Virus record (IMG/VR): IMGVR_UViG_3300027637_000001
Location: 1-57,451 of that record
Length of the DNA: 57,451 nucleotides
DNA from: a virus
Taxonomy: Duplodnaviria > Caudoviricetes
Direction: 5' to 3' (one strand)
This document shows, in pieces, positions 53,185 through 57,451 of the stretch. The translations under genes and the position numbers were made by a program. The notes under the pieces were generated by a model. That model did no database searches. It saw only the letters and a list, made by a program, of their open reading frames with translations, and had not been told where the DNA came from. How positions within the stretch are numbered: the first letter of the stretch is position 1; the number at the start of each line of letters is the position of its first letter.

Positions 53185-54122
53185 GTCGGGGGCTCCTTGT
53201 CGTCGTGGTCCCCCGATGTTACCACGGTCACGGTGTCGTGGTGGGGTTCGTCGCCGGCCAGCCGGCGGCACGTCGACACAGCGCACCGGTCGGTCGCCCC
53301 GTCGTGGATGAACCCGTGCGGGCCCACCGGGTGCCGGGCGTGGGTCGGGTGGTCGGGCGGGTACAGGCAGCAGGGGACGCCCTCGGTGTCGGCCGTCCAC
53401 GCGTGGGTGTGGACCGGGTGGGCGAACGGGGCCATGCCGTCACACACCCGGCAGCGGTCAACGATCAGGGCGTCGGCGACGAACTCGTGGGGGGCGACGT
53501 GGCAGCGGCACCGGCAGTGCTCGCACGCCCCGACCCGCGGTACCTGGACGCCGGGGACCGCGCCAGCGACTCGGCGGCGGCACGACGGTTCGTCGTGCGG
53601 GTCGTCGTCCTCGTCGACCATGGTGCGGCCGGCGGCGACCTGCTCCCGGACGGCCCGGTCGGCGGGCTGACCGCGGAGCGGGGCCAGGTCGGCCTCGGTG
53701 TACAGCCGGGGCGCCATGGTGGCCTCCAGCTCGCGGTGGGCCTCGGCCGTGTGCCAGTGGATGACCACCGCCCGGGCCTGCTCGAACAGGTGGCGGACCA
53801 CGTCGGCGCCGGTGAACGGCCGCGAGCCGGGGGTGGTCAGGTCCATGGCGGCGAGGCGTTCCTGGAGGCGGTCGACCAGGTCCAGGTCGGCCTCGACCGC
53901 GGGCCACCGGTGGCGGGGGATGCGGCCGAGGGCGGCGTGGCGGGCGGTCTCGGACGGCCAGCGCGACGGGCGGGGCTCGGGATCGGACCATTGGGCGGAG
54001 ACGACCTGGGGGCCGTCCTTGGGTGGCCAATCGAGGTGGAGGACCATGTCGGCGGCGTAGCGCGGGTTCATCCGCGCTGGGTCGACGTCGGGTACGTCCA
54101 GGGCGATGATCAGGCGGGGCAT
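53181..54122 (-). CDS. Hypothetical protein with Cys/His-rich C-terminus
   Basis: TGATG coupling; repeated H.F..DRC..C..H. Confidence 0.65.
   Translation of the reverse strand: MPRLIIALDVPDVDPARMNPRYAADMVLHLDWPPKDGPQVVSAQWSDPEPRPSRWPSETARHAALGRIPRHRWPAVEADLDLVDRLQERLAAMDLTTPGSRPFTGADVVRHLFEQARAVVIHWHTAEAHRELEATMAPRLYTEADLAPLRGQPADRAVREQVAAGRTMVDEDDDPHDEPSCRRRVAGAVPGVQVPRVGACEHCRCRCHVAPHEFVADALIVDRCRVCDGMAPFAHPVHTHAWTADTEGVPCCLYPPDHPTHARHPVGPHGFIHDGATDRCAVSTCRRLAGDEPHHDTVTVVTSGDHDDKEPPT
53216..53231 (-). promoter_or_regulatory. Motif site plus -10
   Basis: GTGACCGTGG-TAACAT upstream of the 53184 gene; weak -35. Confidence 0.55.
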
Positions 54123-54415
54123 CAGACGGCACCGCCGAGACGGGCCTGGCGCCGACGCAGCGCGGCGACCGGCGGCGCCACGGCCAGCTCGACCTCGGGG
54201 GCGTCGCACGGCGGCCGGACGCAGGGCTTCATGCCGGTCTCGGGCTCGGGGAGGTGGTCGCCCCACTCGGCGCCCACGAACTCGGGGGCGGTCGGCCAGT
54301 CCCGGGAGCGGCGGTCGCCGTCGAGGTCGAGCACCTCGTCCGCGACCTCGTGGGGGTCGGCCAGGGTGGGGTCGACGATGTCGGGGATCTCGACCACGAT
54401 CGTGAGGCGGGCCAC
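54122..54415 (-). CDS. Hypothetical protein, paralogue of the N-terminus of the next gene
   Basis: GGAGG RBS; RL.I...PD.VDP..P..AD.VL.LD..W. Confidence 0.65.
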   Translation of the reverse strand: MARLTIVVEIPDIVDPTLADPHEVADEVLDLDGDRRSRDWPTAPEFVGAEWGDHLPEPETGMKPCVRPPCDAPEVELAVAPPVAALRRRQARLGGAV

Positions 54416-54417
54416 GG

Positions 54418-54765
54418 TCAGTCCTCCTCCGGGGTGGGGGCGTCGACCAGAGCCAGGCGCTCGGGCTCGGTCTCCTCGACCAGGATCGTTCCGAGGTGGC
54501 GGGCGACGGCCCGGTCGAGGTGGAGCGTCTGGTAGGCGGCCAGGTTGGGTCCCTCGGTCTCGGACTGGACGAGCATGGCGACGGAGACCATGCCGGTGGC
54601 GCCGTCGGGGCCGATCTCGGTGGAGTGCCCGACGGCGATCCCGTTGGGCACGATGTCGATGTGGCGGAGCCTGAGGTGTTCGGCGGCGACGTGGGCCAGG
54701 CAGTCGTCGACCGCGTCGAACGTGGCGCCGCAGCTCGGGCAGGTGTCGGTGATCAGCTGGGCCAC
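54418..54765 (-). CDS. C2H2 zinc-finger protein
   Basis: CPSCGATF..LAHVAAEH. Confidence 0.65.
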   Translation of the reverse strand: MAQLITDTCPSCGATFDAVDDCLAHVAAEHLRLRHIDIVPNGIAVGHSTEIGPDGATGMVSVAMLVQSETEGPNLAAYQTLHLDRAVARHLGTILVEETEPERLALVDAPTPEED

Positions 54766-54767
54766 GG

Positions 54768-55229
54768 TCAGGGCTCCTCGCGGTGGGGGTGGATCTCGAC
54801 GGTGAGGCGGGTCCCGAACGGGGGTGGCGCCATGGCGTCGAGGGGGTGCCACCACTTGACCCGGTCGCCGTTGTCGACGATGGTCGGCGGGTCGACGGGG
54901 GCGCCGTCGAGCACGCGGTGGCGCTTGACGGCGACGGCCTCGACCAGGGCCCGGTCGACGTTCGAGCTGGACGCGCCGACGGAGACGACCTGGAGGTCGA
55001 GGGTGTGGAACGGGGCCGAGCGGGTCTCGGGGTCGTGGCGGGGAGCACGGTCGACGACGGCGGCGGAGATCCGGTCCCAGGAGCCGGCCACGAGCTGGGC
55101 AATGCGGGCGCCGTCGCGGGGGGAGGCCAGGGCGTGGAACACGCCGGGGAGCGCGTCGGCGATGGCGCGGTGGGGGGCGGACAGCATGTCGTCGTGGACG
55201 TCGACCGCGAGGTAGAGGCGGCGGGCCAT
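54768..55229 (-). CDS. Hypothetical protein
   Basis: TGATG coupling, GGAGG RBS. Confidence 0.7.
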   Translation of the reverse strand: MARRLYLAVDVHDDMLSAPHRAIADALPGVFHALASPRDGARIAQLVAGSWDRISAAVVDRAPRHDPETRSAPFHTLDLQVVSVGASSSNVDRALVEAVAVKRHRVLDGAPVDPPTIVDNGDRVKWWHPLDAMAPPPFGTRLTVEIHPHREEP

Positions 55230-55411
55230 CAGGGCTGGCCTCCCAGGGCCTTGATCAGCTCGCGGCGCTCGATCTCGGTCAGGGTGGCGTCGACCTCGGT
55301 GTCGCCGACGGTGACGATCAGGGACAGGACGTTGTGGCGGGCGGGGGCCGGGTTGGGTTCGACCTCGGTCGCGTCTCCGCCGTCGTGGATGTGGATGGTC
55401 GCGTGGCGCAT
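55229..55411 (-). CDS. Small hypothetical protein
   Basis: TGATG coupling at both ends. Confidence 0.6.
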   Translation of the reverse strand: MRHATIHIHDGGDATEVEPNPAPARHNVLSLIVTVGDTEVDATLTEIERRELIKALGGQP

Positions 55412-55812
55412 CAGAGGGGGGCTCCGTAGCGGTCGGCGACCCAGGTCGCGACGCGGCGGCGGGTGTCGTCGTCGGGGAGGCCGGCCATGGCCTCGGCGAT
55501 GTTGGCGAGGGTGGTCAGCTCGACGTCGTCGGGGCTGGTGGTGGCCTGGCGGGGGACGGCGGTCGTGGTGGCGGACCACTCGGGGACGGCGGGGGTCTCT
55601 CCGGCGTCGGTGATGTCGAACCCGCCGAGGGCCTCGGCGATGGGCTTGTGCTTGTCGCAGACGGGGACGGGGTCGGCGGAGGGGTCGAAGTGGGCGTCGT
55701 AGCTGGGGTCGGTGAGGCCGCAGAGCTTGGTGCCGGGGTCGAACATGATGTCGACCTGGTCGGAGTTGACGGGCCAGGCGCATTGCCTGGTGGGGGTGGG
55801 TGTGGGGGCCAT
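55411..55812 (-). CDS. Hypothetical protein
   Basis: AAGGAG RBS; C..C..VCDKH; LPDDDTRRRVATWV. Confidence 0.7.
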   Translation of the reverse strand: MAPTPTPTRQCAWPVNSDQVDIMFDPGTKLCGLTDPSYDAHFDPSADPVPVCDKHKPIAEALGGFDITDAGETPAVPEWSATTTAVPRQATTSPDDVELTTLANIAEAMAGLPDDDTRRRVATWVADRYGAPL

Positions 55813-55845
55813 GGGGTCTCCTTGCGTTACTGGGGTGACGGGTTC

Positions 55846-55875
55846 AGCGTACCACGGTCACGTTACCGGGGTCAC
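55846..55875 (-). promoter_or_regulatory. Motif-containing promoter
   Basis: GTGACC-18 nt ending GTGACCGTGG-TACGCT. Confidence 0.6.
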
Positions 55876-55885
55876 GGATTGGGGG

Positions 55886-56173
55886 TTATCGGTCGCAGCC
55901 TTCACAGCCGCCGGGGACGAGGCGGACCGGGTCGTAGGGCCACGGTTCCAGACCGGCCCGGTCGCGGATCGCGGCCATGGCGTCGAACACGGGGCGGAAC
56001 GTGTAGCCGCCCACGATGCGGCCGGTCGAGCCCGAGCGGCGGACCCGGGGGGCGTCGTAGTAGGCGTGGACGAAGCCGTGCCAGGCGGCGTCCAGCTGGG
56101 AGCGGACCTCGCGTCGGCGGCGGTGGTGCTCGGCCAGGCGGGACGGCCGCCAGACGTCGTCCAGGTCACCCAC
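55886..56173 (-). CDS. Hypothetical protein
   Basis: Overlaps the upstream stop; high GC3. Confidence 0.55.
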   Translation of the reverse strand: MGDLDDVWRPSRLAEHHRRRREVRSQLDAAWHGFVHAYYDAPRVRRSGSTGRIVGGYTFRPVFDAMAAIRDRAGLEPWPYDPVRLVPGGCEGCDR

Positions 56174-56435
56174 GGAAGATCCTTCGCAGGCTGCAGCCGT
56201 CGAGAGCCTGGAGGTACAGGCCCCGGCAGACCACGGCGAACGCCCAGACGGCGGCCAGCCAGAGCAGAGCCCCCGTCCGGTTGTCGGGGACGGGCTCGCC
56301 CAGCAGCACGAACCCGAGCGCGAGCTGGGCCAGCCCGAGCAGACCAGCAGGCACGAGCCGGGACACGAGGTCACCGACCAGGAACCACGAGACGTGGACG
56401 GCCGCCATGAACGCGAAGAGGAACAGCCAGGTCAT
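56166..56435 (-). CDS. Three-TM membrane protein
   Basis: ATGA coupling; three hydrophobic segments. Confidence 0.65.
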   Translation of the reverse strand: MTWLFLFAFMAAVHVSWFLVGDLVSRLVPAGLLGLAQLALGFVLLGEPVPDNRTGALLWLAAVWAFAVVCRGLYLQALDGCSLRRIFRG

Positions 56436-56764
56436 CGGCCGGGCCACCAGCGGCGGCGGGGCCGGGGGAGCGGGACGTTGTGCAGCGCCTCCCACTCGAC
56501 GGCGACCTCGTCGAGGATGCGGCGGACCTCGGCCTCGACTCGGGCCTGGCGGTCGGACCGGAGACGGATCCGGCGCGTCAGCCCCGACGCGGTCGAGGAG
56601 ACCACCTTGTAGGGGTCGCCGTCCCACATCACCGGGTCGCCCGCCTGGATCAGCGGCCCCAGGTCCCAGGGGCCCAGCGTCGGGTAGGTGCGGCGCATGA
56701 TGTCGGCGCCGGCCGTCCCGATCACCGCGCCGGGCCGGTACATGCGCTCGGTGTCGTCGGTCAC
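56432..56764 (-). CDS. Hypothetical protein
   Basis: GTGA coupling. Confidence 0.6.
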   Translation of the reverse strand: MTDDTERMYRPGAVIGTAGADIMRRTYPTLGPWDLGPLIQAGDPVMWDGDPYKVVSSTASGLTRRIRLRSDRQARVEAEVRRILDEVAVEWEALHNVPLPRPRRRWWPGR

Positions 56765-57153
56765 CGGTCGAGGGCCCTGCGCAGCTCGTCGAACGTGGGG
56801 CCGTCCGCCGGTGGGTCGACGACGATGCACGGGGCCCGGTCGGCGTAGGCCTCCATCTCGGCGGGCAGCGGGACACCGGCCCACTCGTCGGGCCAGCAGG
56901 CCCGGTGCAGCGCGGCCAGCTCGACGAGACCGAGCGTCCAGGTCTTCCCGTCCTCGATCTCCAGCACCTCGGCGGCCAGCGGCGGGAGCTGGGCCGGGAT
57001 CGTGGTGGTGGGCGCCGTGACCGGGATCATCTCGGGCTCGGGGGTGGAGGGCACGGGGTCGCTGTTGTCGGTGATCGTCGCCCACGTGATGAGACCGATG
57101 ATGAGGGCGAGCAGGCCGCCGGTGACGATGTCGCTGTCGCGGCGGCGGGTCAT
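56761..57153 (-). CDS. Membrane-anchored protein
   Basis: N-terminal TM GGLLALIIGLITWATI; Pro/Thr linker. Confidence 0.65.
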   Translation of the reverse strand: MTRRRDSDIVTGGLLALIIGLITWATITDNSDPVPSTPEPEMIPVTAPTTTIPAQLPPLAAEVLEIEDGKTWTLGLVELAALHRACWPDEWAGVPLPAEMEAYADRAPCIVVDPPADGPTFDELRRALDR

Positions 57154-57428
57154 GCGTGGACCCCCTCGTTCTCCAGGTGGAGGATCCCGGCGGCGGTCAG
57201 CTCGACGGTCCCGCCCTTGCGGCCGGCGGGGCCCTGGCACCGGTGGATGAGGCCGAGGCGGGCGAAGCGCCGGAACTCGCGGGTCACGGTGCGGCCGTCG
57301 TCGTGGAAGAACAGGTGCACGCCGTTCTTGGGGTACCAGGACACCAGCTCGTTGGCGGCGTCGGTGAGGAGCTTGAGCGTGTCGGGGTGGCCGAGCGGGG
57401 GGAGCGGCGGGACGGGCTGGTCGCCCAT
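57150..57428 (-). CDS. Hypothetical winged-helix-like protein
   Basis: RRFARLGLI..VELTAAG; TGATG coupling to a truncated upstream ORF. Confidence 0.55.
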   Translation of the reverse strand: MGDQPVPPLPPLGHPDTLKLLTDAANELVSWYPKNGVHLFFHDDGRTVTREFRRFARLGLIHRCQGPAGRKGGTVELTAAGILHLENEGVHA

Positions 57429-57451
57429 CACTTGACGTCCATCACGAGGCG

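Overview
The window is a very GC-rich segment of a long-tailed (siphovirus-type) actinobacteriophage genome, with almost all genes on the minus strand. In transcription order (right to left) it holds: about 10 kb of small accessory genes; a head-tail module resembling cluster B mycobacteriophages (DUF1360, portal, MuF/2H-phosphoesterase/protease fusion, hexamer and pentamer capsid proteins, tail tube, adaptor, chaperones, tape measure, minor tails); a modification cluster (PhyH dioxygenase, Acb2/Tad1-like protein, P-loop kinase, SAM methyltransferase, glycosyltransferase); a lysis region (M15 endolysin, holin-like proteins); a divergent Gam/RecT operon; lambda O/P-like replication genes with internal iterons; DNA MTase, HNH, VRR-NUC, UvrD helicase, terminase small subunit, a MerR-like regulator and an SGNH lipoprotein. 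I see no terminase large subunit, integrase, tRNA or CRISPR array, so the genome is probably incomplete. The main unexplained structures are: (i) about 13 sigma70-type promoters carrying a GTTACCGCGG-type motif at fixed positions, many driving leaderless cassette genes with a shared M-x-[LI]-T-[DG]-T start; (ii) a tandem array of hairpins and leaderless three-codon minigenes between endolysin and holin; (iii) two candidate anti-CBASS/Thoeris functions; (iv) an exact 46-bp copy of the SGNH active-site region placed antisense in another gene. All family assignments come from motif recognition by eye; no searches were run.
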